Of a stretch of 64,000 nt of DNA, positions 8,462 to 20,349 are shown piece after piece. The stretch is taken from contig CAWKKR010000005.1 of the NCBI GenBank assembly GCA_963850305.1, forward strand, positions 335,641-399,640, written 5' to 3'. The notes under the pieces are model-generated. The model was not told the DNA's origin and did not search any database. It saw only the letters and a program-made list of their open reading frames with translations. The DNA is from an uncultured delta proteobacterium (lineage in GTDB: Bacteria > Myxococcota_A > Polyangia > Polyangiales > Polyangiaceae). Within the stretch, counting starts at the first letter, position 1, and the number at the start of each line of letters is the position of its first letter. Position numbers and translations under genes: made by a program.

Positions 8462-10396
8462 CTACGAGCGCGATCGCGAGAGTTCGGGTGCTGCGGGTCG
8501 TCCGGCGATGACCGCGCCGTTGAGGGCGTCGAGCGCGCGTTGCACCAGATTCTGACGAAGCCCGATGAACGTGTGGCGTTGCCGAACGTTGACGTACTCT
8601 GTATCGTCGATGGTTATCCCGGCAAGTTGATCGAGCGCTGCATAAAAGTCGCTGGCTCGGGCGCCATCTTTTCGGCCAATCCCCACGAACAGCTCCACGC
8701 TCTCGGGAGAGCGCCCCGGGTCATTCGAGCCCGGCGCGTCTCGCCGGTCGGCGGGCTGCGGCTTCGTGCCCCGGCCCGGGTCCCGCACTGAGCCACTCAT
8801 CTCGGCTCGGGGGGGCTCAGGTGCCTGCCGCGGTTCGGGACTGGCTCGGGTCTCGCTGCGACCGGGGGAGGGCGGTGTGGCGGCCGCAACGTCTTCGATG
8901 GGTTCGCGCGGCGTCATGCCGTTCGTGGTATTCTTCGGATGCTCTCGGTTCGGCCTCGAGGCGGCTTCTCTCCGAGCCTCGCGCCGTGGCCCTGGACCCG
9001 TCGGTTGCGGCGCGGCGCCGTCGGCGACTGGGCGAGGTACCATGGATCGACGCGCCGCTGCCGCCTGATCGGCCGCCGCAGGACGGGCACCGAGGTGATC
9101 TCGGAGCAAGCCGGCGATGATTGCCTCGGCATTTTCGTGCGTCTGGACCCGACGCGAAAGAGCCAGATCGTCCGGGTGGGCTGGCTGCTTGGCGAAGAGC
9201 TCGGCGAACATCTGCACGATGTCCGTCTCAGCACGCGTCTTCAGATCACGTGGAGTCGGTAGCTCCTTCTCGACGGGCCGAATCTTGTACGTGAGCCGGA
9301 GCATGTACAGGTTGCCGATATCCGACGCTTCGACCAGAGAGATGGCCGTACCGGTTTTGCCTGCGCGTCCGGTGCGCCCCGTGCGATGCACGTACTGCTC
9401 GCATGATTCTGGAAAATCGTAGTTGATGACGTGCGTCAGATGCGAAATATCGATCCCCCGTGCAGCAACGTCGGTGGCGACCAGGAAGCGGAGCTTCCCC
9501 TTGCGGGTGGCCTCCATGACCTTCTCGCGCTCCGCCTGCCCGAGATCGGCGTTCAGCCACTCCGCGTCGAACCCCTGCTGCTGGAGAGTCGAAGCCACAC
9601 GCTTCGTGGACTCCTTCGTATTGCAGAAGATGATCGCGCTCTCCGGATTGTCGACCTCCAGTACCTGCAGGAGGTCGTTCGTCTTGTCTCCTCGGGAGAT
9701 GTACACGCAGTGGCTGATCTCGAGCGCGCCGACGTGATCCCCGCTAAGCGTGACGAACTCCGGATTCTTGAGGCGAGTCTCCGCGAGTCGCTGGATCTCT
9801 GGAGGGAGCGTCGCGCTGAACAGGAGCGTCTGACGGGTCGCCGGTAGGAAGGCCAGGATGTCGTCAATCTGCGGCAAGAACCCCATCGACAGCATCTCGT
9901 CGCTCTCGTCCAGGACGACCGCACGCACGCCCTTGGGATCGAGCGTCCCGCGGCGCAGGTGGTCGAGAACGCGACCCGGAGTGCCGGCGACGATCTGAGC
10001 GCCAGCGTTGATCTTCTGTATCTGTGCCGGCATCGGCGCACCGCCGTAGACTGCCGCGATCTTCGTGCCGCGATATTTCGCAAGCGACTCGAGCTCCCGC
10101 GCCACTTGCAGCGCAAGTTCGCGTGTAGGGCAGAGCACGAGCACCTGTACGGCCGCGGTGTTCCTCCGAACGACGGCATCGACCACCGGTAACCCGTACG
10201 CTGCCGTTTTCCCCGTGCCGGTCCGCGCCTGCACGACGAGGTCCAGGCCGCGGCTGACCGGGTCGAAGACGGCCCGCTGTACGGGCGTGGGGTGTACGTA
10301 ACCGAGCTCGTCCACGGCCCGGCGCACCTCAGCGGACAGCTTCAGAACATCGAACGTGGGTGGCGGCGGCGGCGGGGAGGCGGGTTCGTCGGGCAT
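8462..10396 (-). CDS. DEAD-box RNA helicase (DeaD/CsdA-like, with C-terminal DbpA-type RNA-binding domain)
   Basis: PTPVQ, ARTGTGKT, PTRELA, TPGR, DESDEM, SAT, ARGID, HRTGRTGRAG. Confidence 0.95.
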   Translation of the reverse strand: MPDEPASPPPPPPTFDVLKLSAEVRRAVDELGYVHPTPVQRAVFDPVSRGLDLVVQARTGTGKTAAYGLPVVDAVVRRNTAAVQVLVLCPTRELALQVARELESLAKYRGTKIAAVYGGAPMPAQIQKINAGAQIVAGTPGRVLDHLRRGTLDPKGVRAVVLDESDEMLSMGFLPQIDDILAFLPATRQTLLFSATLPPEIQRLAETRLKNPEFVTLSGDHVGALEISHCVYISRGDKTNDLLQVLEVDNPESAIIFCNTKESTKRVASTLQQQGFDAEWLNADLGQAEREKVMEATRKGKLRFLVATDVAARGIDISHLTHVINYDFPESCEQYVHRTGRTGRAGKTGTAISLVEASDIGNLYMLRLTYKIRPVEKELPTPRDLKTRAETDIVQMFAELFAKQPAHPDDLALSRRVQTHENAEAIIAGLLRDHLGARPAAADQAAAARRSMVPRPVADGAAPQPTGPGPRREARREAASRPNREHPKNTTNGMTPREPIEDVAAATPPSPGRSETRASPEPRQAPEPPRAEMSGSVRDPGRGTKPQPADRRDAPGSNDPGRSPESVELFVGIGRKDGARASDFYAALDQLAGITIDDTEYVNVRQRHTFIGLRQNLVQRALDALNGAVIAGRPAAPELSRSRS

Positions 10397-10442
10397 TCAG
10401 CGGCGGGGCAGCTTAGCAGAGAGGCGCTCCGGCGGACTTAAA

Positions 10443-10904
10443 TCAGCGAGGTTCACCGAGTTTCTTCTCGATGTCCGCGACGATTCTCCGGCGCTCGGTC
10501 ACATCGAGCGCCTCGTACCTCACCGAGCGCTCCTCGGCATAGCGCAGCCGATCGACGTCGCTCAGGGCCCGCGTGGCGAGTTCATCTCCGGCGCAGCGGC
10601 CGGTCAGGCCTGGTCTCATCGACCATTCCGGCTGGAGGGCGGCCTGGAAGCCGCCGACCGTCTCGCGCTCGCCACCGGTCGCCGCCGTCGCTGCCCTACG
10701 GGCTCGCCGAATGGCTGTCACGAGAGCGCGGATTCCGGTTCGACACTCCGTCGAGACAGGAGGCACAGGCGGCTGCCAAGCCTGGTAGATGATCTCGACC
10801 GAGCAAACGGCGGTGAAGGTCGTAACGATCCCGGCAAACAAGGCAATACCGATCGCGCGCCCGCGCCGGTGAACCGAGACGTTTATGCTAGGACCAATGG
10901 TCAC
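10443..10904 (-). CDS. hypothetical membrane-anchored protein
   Basis: ORF with an N-terminal TM helix, co-oriented with its neighbours. Confidence 0.6.
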   Translation of the reverse strand: MTIGPSINVSVHRRGRAIGIALFAGIVTTFTAVCSVEIIYQAWQPPVPPVSTECRTGIRALVTAIRRARRAATAATGGERETVGGFQAALQPEWSMRPGLTGRCAGDELATRALSDVDRLRYAEERSVRYEALDVTERRRIVADIEKKLGEPR

Positions 10905-10934
10905 CGGGAGCGTCCGGGGCGCCTCCGCCGCAGC

Positions 10935-11930
10935 TCAGTTGAGAACCTGAGGGCGCGGCGTTTCCGGTTCGATGAAGGTTAGCCGGATTTCGCGCTCGAG
11001 AGCCGCTTTGACCTCCGCCTCGACGAGATCGACTGCGCCGGCAATGCGCTCCACGTTGCGCTGGTAAACGAAGATGCGCGCGGCGGGAAGGCCTTCGGCG
11101 ACGCCCGGTCCGATCGCGTCCAGCATCAGCAAAGCCCGAGGATCGACGCCGTCAACGACCACTTCCAGACCGGGTACGTCGCTGACGTAAATCTCGTTCG
11201 AGCGAACGTGGCGCTTCAGCTTTTCGTCCAGACCATCGACGATTCGGCGGACGGCCTGGTCGAACGCCTCGCGGGACAGGGCCCACGTCGGCGGGGGCTG
11301 CTCCGCGTCGACTTCCCGGGAACGCAGAAAGGCTTGCGTCGCCCCCGCGCTGTCCCCGCGGTCGTCGCGAACGAGTCCAAGGTAATAGAGGGCTTCCGAG
11401 TTGTGCGGATTGCTTTTCGCCGCGTCCTCGACGAGAGGCGCAGCTTCTTCCACGTTTCCAACCTCGAACAAGGCGCGCCCGACGAGAAAGGCGTGATTCG
11501 GGTTGTCGAATGGCCCCTTCGGAAATCGAGCAGATAGCGCTTTCGCTTCCTCGATCCGATTTTGACCGAGCAACGCGTCGAACTTGAGAAGCAGGGCGTC
11601 GACGACCTCGTCATCCGTCTCGGCCAGCTCGAGGGCGAGATCGCACATGAGGATCGCGTCATCGAACTCTGCGAGTGGATGAATGTAGACCTCCGCTGCG
11701 TTCAGCATCGCTTCGAGGTAGGTATCGTCGAGCGCGATGGCTTGGCGGTAGTGTTCGATGGCCTCTTCGAACTCTCCCTGAAGGGCCGCGACGTAGCCGA
11801 GCAGGTTATACGCCTCGGGCGATTGGCTATCGAGTTCGAGAGCGCGGCGGGCTGAGAGTTCGGCTCCGCGTGAGTCTCCGCGTTGCACGAGATCCCAGCC
11901 TCGGTCGAGGTGAGCGGAGAACTGATCCAT
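10935..11930 (-). CDS. TPR protein with a C-terminal zincin-like domain
   Basis: several TPRs (EAYNLLG, ALYYLG); DPRAL...RIFVYQRNVER resembles the minimal zincin family. Confidence 0.75.
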   Translation of the reverse strand: MDQFSAHLDRGWDLVQRGDSRGAELSARRALELDSQSPEAYNLLGYVAALQGEFEEAIEHYRQAIALDDTYLEAMLNAAEVYIHPLAEFDDAILMCDLALELAETDDEVVDALLLKFDALLGQNRIEEAKALSARFPKGPFDNPNHAFLVGRALFEVGNVEEAAPLVEDAAKSNPHNSEALYYLGLVRDDRGDSAGATQAFLRSREVDAEQPPPTWALSREAFDQAVRRIVDGLDEKLKRHVRSNEIYVSDVPGLEVVVDGVDPRALLMLDAIGPGVAEGLPAARIFVYQRNVERIAGAVDLVEAEVKAALEREIRLTFIEPETPRPQVLN

Positions 11931-11995
11931 GTCGCCGGAAGAACAGTTAGTGGTCCGTTTTCGCCGACGAGTCAAGGACCCGCCGCAGCGTGGGG

Positions 11996-13750
11996 TCAAT
12001 CGTGAACGACGACGCGACTACCGGGGTGCTCGGGCGTGGCCAGAACGCCGTGCCAACCTTCTGGCAGCCGCGGGTCGGTGTTCATGAACACCCACTTTGC
12101 ATCGAGCGGTGACAGGTTCACGCAACCGTGGCTCATCTCCGTCCCGTAGTTCGAGTGCCAGAACGCGCCGTGGAGCGCATACGCCTTGTGAAAGTACATC
12201 ACGTACGGCACGTCTTCGATGCTGTATGGAAGATCGCCAGCGGCGGTGCCGTCCCCGTCCATCGTGGTGGTGACGTGCTTCTCTCGGATGCGATAGTCGC
12301 CCGTGGGCGTACTGTGATCCTTGTCCTTGTCGACCTTGTTCTCCTTGCCCGATGAGATCAGCGTCGCGTAGATCGCGCGCGTTCCTTCGAAGACGATCAG
12401 CGTTTGCGTCTTGAGATTCACGTCCACCCAACGTTCGTTGGGCCCGATGTCCGTGGGCGGCGGTCCGGGCGCCGTGACGCGAAGCTGAGATGCGAGCATC
12501 CACGAGCCGTCTTTCGCTTCGAGATACTTCTTGCCCGCGATCGTGGAGTCCTTGCCCGTCAGAGGGACGAGTGCGTGGTCGGGAACGCCGCCCGATGGCT
12601 TGAGCTTCCCGTTCGCGTCGATCTGGTATTTCGTGCGACCCTTATGCCAGCCATAGGTCCACGCGAGAGGCAGGGCGACGTGATCGCCGTCGATCTCCGT
12701 GCCCTGAAAGTTCGATGGGGTCGTCGTCCAGAATCGATCCGCCGGTGCGACCAGTCCCTTCGTCGTCTTGTACCAGGGGCGTCCGTTCCAGTTGAATTCG
12801 CGGTCTACGGCGACGTAGAAACCCTTGACCATTCTCTTGGCCAGGATGGCGTCGGCGTCGGATTCGAGTTCGTCGAGCTTCAGCTCGTTCAGGCGCTTGT
12901 CGACGTCGTGTCGCTGCCACCACGGCTTCGCGGAGTCGTCGATTCCGCCGTCCGGAAGCAGCGCGGGGGTCTTCTCATCGTCCGGGTGATCCGCGGTATC
13001 GGCGGGGTGAGGCTCCAGTTCGGCTCCCGTTTTCTCGACCTTGCCTTCGCTCGCCGGGTCACGGTGGTGTTCGAGTGCTTCCTTCGAGAATGGCAGCGCG
13101 GCCTGCTCCGCCTTTGCCGTACCGTCGACCTTCGAGGCCGAGTCGTCCGCTTTCGGCACGAGATAAGGTTCGTATTGCCGCATCTGCTCCGGGGTCGGGA
13201 CGGAGCGATAGAGCGGCGTGCCGTTTTTTGCGTTTCGCGCATACGAATAGGGGAGAATCGCAGCGAGGTCGGGCGCCCGGATCGCAAACCGCGCTTCGGG
13301 AGACGACGGGTTCGTGGTTCCGGCATTGGCGCAGACGAAGCCGCCATCGCGCAACTGGTACCACCCGTGCGAGCAATCCTCTCCCGGGATCGTGTCGGGC
13401 AAGACGGGGACGCGACTACCACTTCTGAGATAGCCAATCTTCTCCCGCTTCGAAGGCGACGTCGTGGCGTAGATACCCGTCGAAGCCTCCGTGGCAACGA
13501 AGTAGGGGCCCGCGTACGGCTCTGGCGGCGCGCTCGAGGCGGCGGCGCTCGGTTCTGGGGCGGCCGAGGGAGCCTCCGCCACGGATGCCGCCGGCGTGGC
13601 TGTGCTCGAGGGCGGACGCGGCGGGGCGATCGGTGGAGGGATGGCGTTCGTTCGCTGGTCTGCGCCGGGCGGAGGCTCTTGATGACAGGCGCTTTCCGCG
13701 ACCAGAGCCGCAGCGATGAGCCAGAAAGCAGTCAATCGAGGAAATCTCAT
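11996..13750 (-). CDS. L,D-transpeptidase (YkuD domain)
   Basis: VDVNLKTQTL, ISSG, TPTG, ALHGAFWH..YG..MSHGCVNLS. Confidence 0.93.
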   Translation of the reverse strand: MRFPRLTAFWLIAAALVAESACHQEPPPGADQRTNAIPPPIAPPRPPSSTATPAASVAEAPSAAPEPSAAASSAPPEPYAGPYFVATEASTGIYATTSPSKREKIGYLRSGSRVPVLPDTIPGEDCSHGWYQLRDGGFVCANAGTTNPSSPEARFAIRAPDLAAILPYSYARNAKNGTPLYRSVPTPEQMRQYEPYLVPKADDSASKVDGTAKAEQAALPFSKEALEHHRDPASEGKVEKTGAELEPHPADTADHPDDEKTPALLPDGGIDDSAKPWWQRHDVDKRLNELKLDELESDADAILAKRMVKGFYVAVDREFNWNGRPWYKTTKGLVAPADRFWTTTPSNFQGTEIDGDHVALPLAWTYGWHKGRTKYQIDANGKLKPSGGVPDHALVPLTGKDSTIAGKKYLEAKDGSWMLASQLRVTAPGPPPTDIGPNERWVDVNLKTQTLIVFEGTRAIYATLISSGKENKVDKDKDHSTPTGDYRIREKHVTTTMDGDGTAAGDLPYSIEDVPYVMYFHKAYALHGAFWHSNYGTEMSHGCVNLSPLDAKWVFMNTDPRLPEGWHGVLATPEHPGSRVVVHD

Positions 13751-13917
13751 CGAGGACGGTCTTCTGACTACTCGCTCGGAACGCTGGGGATCCACTTCTC
13801 CGCAGGTGCGAGAGACGTGCCAGGAGTCGCTTACGGAACCAAAGTGCCCGGTTGGCGGATTTTCGAGGGGTCGCGCCGTGCATCAGTGCCGAGCTTCATC
13901 TAGAGAGGGCATACCCC

Positions 13918-15312
<1,395 letters not shown>

Positions 15313-15313
15313 C

Positions 15314-15910
15314 CTAGCCGTTCTCGGCCGTTGCCGTGGCGAGCTCTATGAGGACTCGATCCGTCGCTTCCCTTTCGAGCCCCTGGATGCACAATGCCGC
15401 GCCGCGGTACGGTTCAACGACCAGGCAGCACGTGTTCCGGATGGCGTCGGGTATGGCGTTCAATCCGAAATCCATCACGACGCCGAGCGCGATCGCCGCG
15501 AGCCCGAGTCCGAGGAGCGACGGCGAGCCCCCCGGGACGCGCACTCCATCGACGAGTAGGCCCGTCCCCACGTAAGTCCCGACCGCTAGTGCCAGGATGC
15601 CGGCAGACATCCCGAGTCGCGGGTATTTCACCTCGCGCGACACGCTCGACAGGTTGGCGAGTGGGATGACCGTCTCGGTCTCCCGGAGCACTCTTCCGAG
15701 GAGCTCCGTGCGTGACGAAATCCGGAGTCCGCGCTCGCTCAGGGTGACGTCGGCAGGTCTGCGGTACGAAAACACGAATCGGCCTATGACGCGCGCAGCA
15801 CTGCGGACGAAGGTGATTCCCGTGAGAGCCATCAGGATCGTCACGGCGAAACCGCGTCGAGACGCGCTCAGTTCTCCGGACAGTCGACTCTCCGCGCCTC
15901 CTTCGGACAT
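15314..15910 (-). CDS. hypothetical membrane protein
   Basis: ORF with three hydrophobic segments. Confidence 0.65.
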   Translation of the reverse strand: MSEGGAESRLSGELSASRRGFAVTILMALTGITFVRSAARVIGRFVFSYRRPADVTLSERGLRISSRTELLGRVLRETETVIPLANLSSVSREVKYPRLGMSAGILALAVGTYVGTGLLVDGVRVPGGSPSLLGLGLAAIALGVVMDFGLNAIPDAIRNTCCLVVEPYRGAALCIQGLEREATDRVLIELATATAENG

Positions 15911-15979
15911 CCGCGCCTTCCTACATCGAAGGGCGATTCGACGCGACCGTCTCGAGCCCGACGGTTACGAAATAGAGCC

Positions 15980-16387
15980 TCAAGAGGTGAACTGATTGAG
16001 CGAGTTCAGGATTGGTCCGGGGCGCTCGAGGCTGCGGTCATCCGTGGGGCGGTTTCGTGCGTCCACCCGGACGACGACCGGTGCGTAGTCGCGGGCCTCT
16101 TCAGGGCTCATCTCCGCGTACGTCGCGAGAATCACGAGATCCCCCGGCTTGTTGAGGTGCGCCGCCGCTCCGTTGACCGCAATGGCTCCGGACCCGCGCG
16201 GCCCTTCGAGCGCATACGTCATGAGACGGGTTCCCCGGGTGACGTTCCAGATGTGGACCGCCTCGTGAGGGAGGATGTTTGCTGCCTCGAGCAGGTTGGC
16301 GTCGATCGTGACGCTGCCTTCGTACTCGAGATCCGCGTGGGTGACCGTGGCCCGATGGATCTTGGACTTGAAAACGTTGAGTCGCAT
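15980..16387 (-). CDS. panD: aspartate 1-decarboxylase
   Basis: [29 protein letters not shown]. Confidence 0.97.
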   Translation of the reverse strand: MRLNVFKSKIHRATVTHADLEYEGSVTIDANLLEAANILPHEAVHIWNVTRGTRLMTYALEGPRGSGAIAVNGAAAHLNKPGDLVILATYAEMSPEEARDYAPVVVRVDARNRPTDDRSLERPGPILNSLNQFTS

Positions 16388-16690
16388 GGATGCCTTGATG
16401 TGTTCACGGCATGGCGGCTACGAAAGACGAGGTCCGCCTGCCGAACCCTCGAAAATATAGCGCGGCTCTTTTTGGGGACCAAGGGGGCTTCGCGCGAGGC
16501 TGATTTGGTCGCGACGCGTCATTCTCGTTCGGAGGGGCGGTCGGGCGGAAACCCTGCGGCCTGCGCGGCGGAGGCGCCAGAAGCCCTGCCAGTCGCGAAC
16601 GCTCCGTTATTTGGCCCGGTTCACGCGTTGCCGATACCAATCGCATTCACGGCATCCCCGATGCGGGGCCGAGAAACGGAAATCTTGCCG

Positions 16691-16945
16691 ATGTCCGACC
16701 AGCTTTCGAAGAACGTGATGCTCGAGAACCTCCAGGGGATGTTGAGGGACGTCTTCAAGCTACGGAGAGAGGGTGCGACGTACGCCCGGCTGGCCCGGGC
16801 GCACGGCTACGTCGACGGGTACATGCGTGTGCTTCTGGAGTCGGGATTGGTGACGCGCAAGGAATTGCTCGCGCTGGTTTCGAGCGAGCGCGTACGCGCT
16901 GACGGCCCCGCCACGCAGGCACTGGAGTCCGAAGCGGCCGCCTGA
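16691..16945 (+). CDS. hypothetical protein
   Basis: short helical ORF, RLARAHGYVDGYMRVLLESG, typical codon usage. Confidence 0.65.
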   Translation: MSDQLSKNVMLENLQGMLRDVFKLRREGATYARLARAHGYVDGYMRVLLESGLVTRKELLALVSSERVRADGPATQALESEAAA

Positions 16946-16949
16946 CTTC

Positions 16950-17882
16950 TCAGAGCCCGACGTCCAGGAGTTGCTTCAGCTCGCGTAACCGATGCGCGAG
17001 AACCTGGGGCGTCAGTTTCGTGAGCTCGCTCGCGCCGACGCCTTCGACGCAGAACGACGCGACGGTCGCGCCGACGAGCAGCGCGTGGCACCACGTCGCG
17101 TGATCGCGCCTATCCGCGCGCGCAAGGAAGCCGAGCGCTGCGCCCGCGAAACTGTCGCCCGCGCCCGTGGGGTCGACCTCGTTTTCGAGCGGGTACGCCG
17201 GCGCGAAGAACACGCCATGCTGGTCGAAGAGCATCGCGCCGGCATCGCCTCGCTTCACGACCAGGCGCTTCGGACCCATGGACAGCACCCCGCGCGCGGC
17301 GCGTCGGATATTGTGATCGCCCGATAGTTGTCGGAGCTCTTCGTCATTCACGACGAGGGCGTCGACTTTCTTCAAGACCTCGAGGAGCGTCGGTCGCTCC
17401 CCGGTGATCCAGAAATTCATCGTGTCAGCGACGACCAGTTCCGGCGCGCGCGCCTGAGCGAGGACCTCGATCTGGAGCGACGGATGAATGTTGCCGAGGA
17501 GCACGATCTTCGAATCCCGAAACCGCTCCGGCAGCTTGGGGCGGAAGTCGGCAAACACGTTGAGCTGCGTGTCGAGCGTTTCGCGGGTTGCGAGGTTCGC
17601 CGCATAGCGGCCGGCCCAGCGAAAAGTCCTTCCCGCGGCGCGTTCGAGGCCGGCCGTGTCCACTCCGCGCTTTTCCAGCAGGGTGACGGCGTCCTCCGGA
17701 AAATCCGCACCAACCACGGCAACGATCCGGGACGCCGAATACAGGCTCGCCGCGATCGCCGAATAGTTCGCCGAGCCGCCCACGACGTTTCTTTCGGCCC
17801 CGGAGGGCAGGTCGAGATCGTCGAACGCAAGCGAACCGACGATGAGGATGGGAGTTTCCGTGAACCGCGGGTCGTCATTCAT
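16950..17882 (-). CDS. PfkB-family carbohydrate/nucleoside kinase
   Basis: VGSLAFD, GGSANY, DTMNFWI, DPTGAGDSFAG. Confidence 0.93.
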   Translation of the reverse strand: MNDDPRFTETPILIVGSLAFDDLDLPSGAERNVVGGSANYSAIAASLYSASRIVAVVGADFPEDAVTLLEKRGVDTAGLERAAGRTFRWAGRYAANLATRETLDTQLNVFADFRPKLPERFRDSKIVLLGNIHPSLQIEVLAQARAPELVVADTMNFWITGERPTLLEVLKKVDALVVNDEELRQLSGDHNIRRAARGVLSMGPKRLVVKRGDAGAMLFDQHGVFFAPAYPLENEVDPTGAGDSFAGAALGFLARADRRDHATWCHALLVGATVASFCVEGVGASELTKLTPQVLAHRLRELKQLLDVGL

Positions 17883-18766
17883 GTTCCATCTTCCTCGATG
17901 TAAGGGGCAAGCAGCCATGTGAGTCGCGCACGCACCTCGGGCGAGACCTGGCTCTTCGGGGTGATGATCGAGTGCCTCAGCGCAGACGACGCGGGGCTCC
18001 TCGAAGGGTCGGGTAGATCCTTCGAAACCTCTACGACGATCCGCATGGCGAGGTCGGCGTTTTTTCGTAGGACCGCAACGATGGTCTCGACCGACACGGC
18101 ATCCTTGTCCTCGTGCCAGCAATCGTAGTCCGTCGCAAACGCGATCGTCGCGTAGGGGAGCTCCGCTTCACGCGCGAGCTTGGCTTCGGGCATTGCGGTC
18201 ATGCCGATGACGGAGACTCCCCAGCTTCGGTAGAGCAGACTTTCCGCACGAGTCGAGAACTGTGGGCCGTCGATGCAGACGTAGGTGCCGCCCTCGTGAA
18301 CGCGTCCGCCGGCGTGCTTTGCCGCCGCTGATGCAGCTGCAGCGAGATCCGGGCACACGGGATCCGCCATGCCCACATGTGCCGCGATGCCGTCTTCGAA
18401 GAACGTCGCCGGGCGACATCGCGTGAGATCGATGTACTGGTCGACGACCACGACGTCTCCGGGAGCAATGTCCTCCCTCATCGAACCGACCGCGGACAGG
18501 CTCAAGAGCTGCGTCGCGCCGAGACGTTTCAGTGCGCAGACGTTCGCCCGGTAGTTCACTCGATGCGGCGCATGGACGTGGCCGCGGCCGTGGCGTGGGA
18601 GAAAGAGGACCTTCGTCGCGCCGAGATATCCTTCGGCCACGGCGTCGCTCGGCGCGCCGAAGGGCGTGTCCACGCGATGCGCCGTTACCCGTTCGAGGTT
18701 CAGCGCCTCGTACATGCCGCTGCCGCCGATGACGCCCAGCACCCGCGACGGCGGGGGGGCCGTCAT
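17879..18766 (-). CDS. mtnP: S-methyl-5'-thioadenosine phosphorylase
   Basis: GVIGGSG, PRHGRGH, NYRAN, GPQFSTRAES, GMT..PEAKLAREAE, TDYDCWH. Confidence 0.93.
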   Translation of the reverse strand: MTAPPPSRVLGVIGGSGMYEALNLERVTAHRVDTPFGAPSDAVAEGYLGATKVLFLPRHGRGHVHAPHRVNYRANVCALKRLGATQLLSLSAVGSMREDIAPGDVVVVDQYIDLTRCRPATFFEDGIAAHVGMADPVCPDLAAAASAAAKHAGGRVHEGGTYVCIDGPQFSTRAESLLYRSWGVSVIGMTAMPEAKLAREAELPYATIAFATDYDCWHEDKDAVSVETIVAVLRKNADLAMRIVVEVSKDLPDPSRSPASSALRHSIITPKSQVSPEVRARLTWLLAPYIEEDGT

Positions 18767-19428
18767 GGTTCGTCCTGTCCGCGCGCGGCGCCGGGCGCCT
18801 TCACGCCTCCGTAGCCGCGACCTTCGGCGATGAGGCGCTCCGCTTCTCGGGCAGCCCGTTGTCGCTTGCATTCTTCCGCACGAAAGATGCTCGTCAAGTT
18901 CTCTACCGCGTGTTCGAGAACGTCGTTGACGAGGACGTAGTCGAAGAGCCCGTAGTGCTGGATCTCTTGAATGGATACCTTGTAACGACGCTGGACGGTC
19001 GCTTCGTCTTCGCTCGCCCGGCCGCGCAGGCGCTGCTCGAGAATGCTCATGCTCGGCGGCAAGATGAAGACCGCGACGGCATCGGGGCGAGTGCTCTTGA
19101 TCTGTCGCGCCCCTTGATGATCGACGTCGAAGATGAGGCCGCGTGCGCCGGCCGCGCGCTCGATCTCGGCGCGGCTCGTGCCATAGAGGTTGCCATGTAC
19201 CTCGGCCCACTCGAGGAACGTATCGCCACGGATGAGGCGCTCGAACTCCGACCGATCGACGAAATAGTATTCGCGCCCGTGTACCTCACCGGTGCGGGGC
19301 TTCCGCGTCGTGTGGGAGACCGAGAACAGGAGTCCAGAAATGTTCGTTCGGAGCGCGTTCGTCAGGGTCGTCTTACCCGCGCCGGATGGCGATGAGACGA
19401 TGAGCAGGAGCGGCGAGTCACTCGACAT
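18763..19428 (-). CDS. gmk: guanylate kinase
   Basis: SSPSGAGKTT, SHTTRKPRTGEVHGREYYF, EWAEVHGNLYGT. Confidence 0.97.
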   Translation of the reverse strand: MSSDSPLLLIVSSPSGAGKTTLTNALRTNISGLLFSVSHTTRKPRTGEVHGREYYFVDRSEFERLIRGDTFLEWAEVHGNLYGTSRAEIERAAGARGLIFDVDHQGARQIKSTRPDAVAVFILPPSMSILEQRLRGRASEDEATVQRRYKVSIQEIQHYGLFDYVLVNDVLEHAVENLTSIFRAEECKRQRAAREAERLIAEGRGYGGVKAPGAARGQDEP

Positions 19429-20287
19429 TCTGCACTTGCTCCCTCATCCGCTCGATGTCGCTCTTCAATTCGACCACGAGATGGCTCAGCTCCGCATCCT
19501 GACTTTTAGCACCGACCGTGTTGGCCTCGCGCGCCATCTCTTGCATCAGGAAGTCGAGGCGCCTGCCGACGGGCTCGCTCGAGTCGAGCAAGGCCGCGAG
19601 CTGTGAAAAATGGCTGTCCAGGCGGACCAGTTCCTCGGTGATGTCGGTCCGATCCGCCAGCACGGCGATTTCGGCCTCCAGACGCCCAGCGTCGAGTGTC
19701 GCACCGGAGTCGCTCGAGAGCCTTGCGATCCGGGCTCGCAGGCGTGCTTCAGCGGCGCGAAGGGTTTCCGGGACGCGGTCGCGAACCGCCGAGTGCAACC
19801 GGCGGCAAGCCGAGAGCCGTGATTTCAGCTCGGCGGCGAGCGAGTCGCCTTCGCGTCGTCGCATCTCGTCGAGGCTCGGAATCGCGTCGTCGAGTGCCCG
19901 TGCGAGAGCCTCCTGGGTCGCTGCGTGACCGACACTCGCGGGCGCAGCATAGAGCTCGGGCATGCCGATGATGGCCGTCAGCGGAATGTCGGTCCCTGGC
20001 GCGAGTTCATCCCGGATGCGCTCGAGCTCGCGATAGACGGTACGCACTCGGTCGGCGTCGAGATGCGGCATCAGAGCCGGTCCGTCGTAACGCACGGTTA
20101 GCTCGAAGCGGCCGCGAGTCAGCCGCTCCCTGGCGCGCTGCTCGAGGAACAAGGACTGATCGGCCATTTCAGCCGGAACCCGCACGCGAACATCCAGGTG
20201 GCGGTTGTTGACGGAACGAATGTCGACCACGACCCGTCCGGGTCCGAGCGAAGCCTCCCCCGTTCCGAACCCGGTCATACTGTTCAT
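19418..20287 (-). CDS. yicC: YicC/YloC-family endoribonuclease
   Basis: SMTGFG, RSVNNR, DITEELVRL, GRRLDFLMQEMAREANT, EQVQNVE; upstream of gmk. Confidence 0.93.
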   Translation of the reverse strand: MNSMTGFGTGEASLGPGRVVVDIRSVNNRHLDVRVRVPAEMADQSLFLEQRARERLTRGRFELTVRYDGPALMPHLDADRVRTVYRELERIRDELAPGTDIPLTAIIGMPELYAAPASVGHAATQEALARALDDAIPSLDEMRRREGDSLAAELKSRLSACRRLHSAVRDRVPETLRAAEARLRARIARLSSDSGATLDAGRLEAEIAVLADRTDITEELVRLDSHFSQLAALLDSSEPVGRRLDFLMQEMAREANTVGAKSQDAELSHLVVELKSDIERMREQVQNVE

Positions 20288-20349
20288 CGGGTCATCGCCT
20301 GGCCGAGTGGTTGCGGACTTGCCGTGACGAGGGCCGGGCCTGGTCCCGT

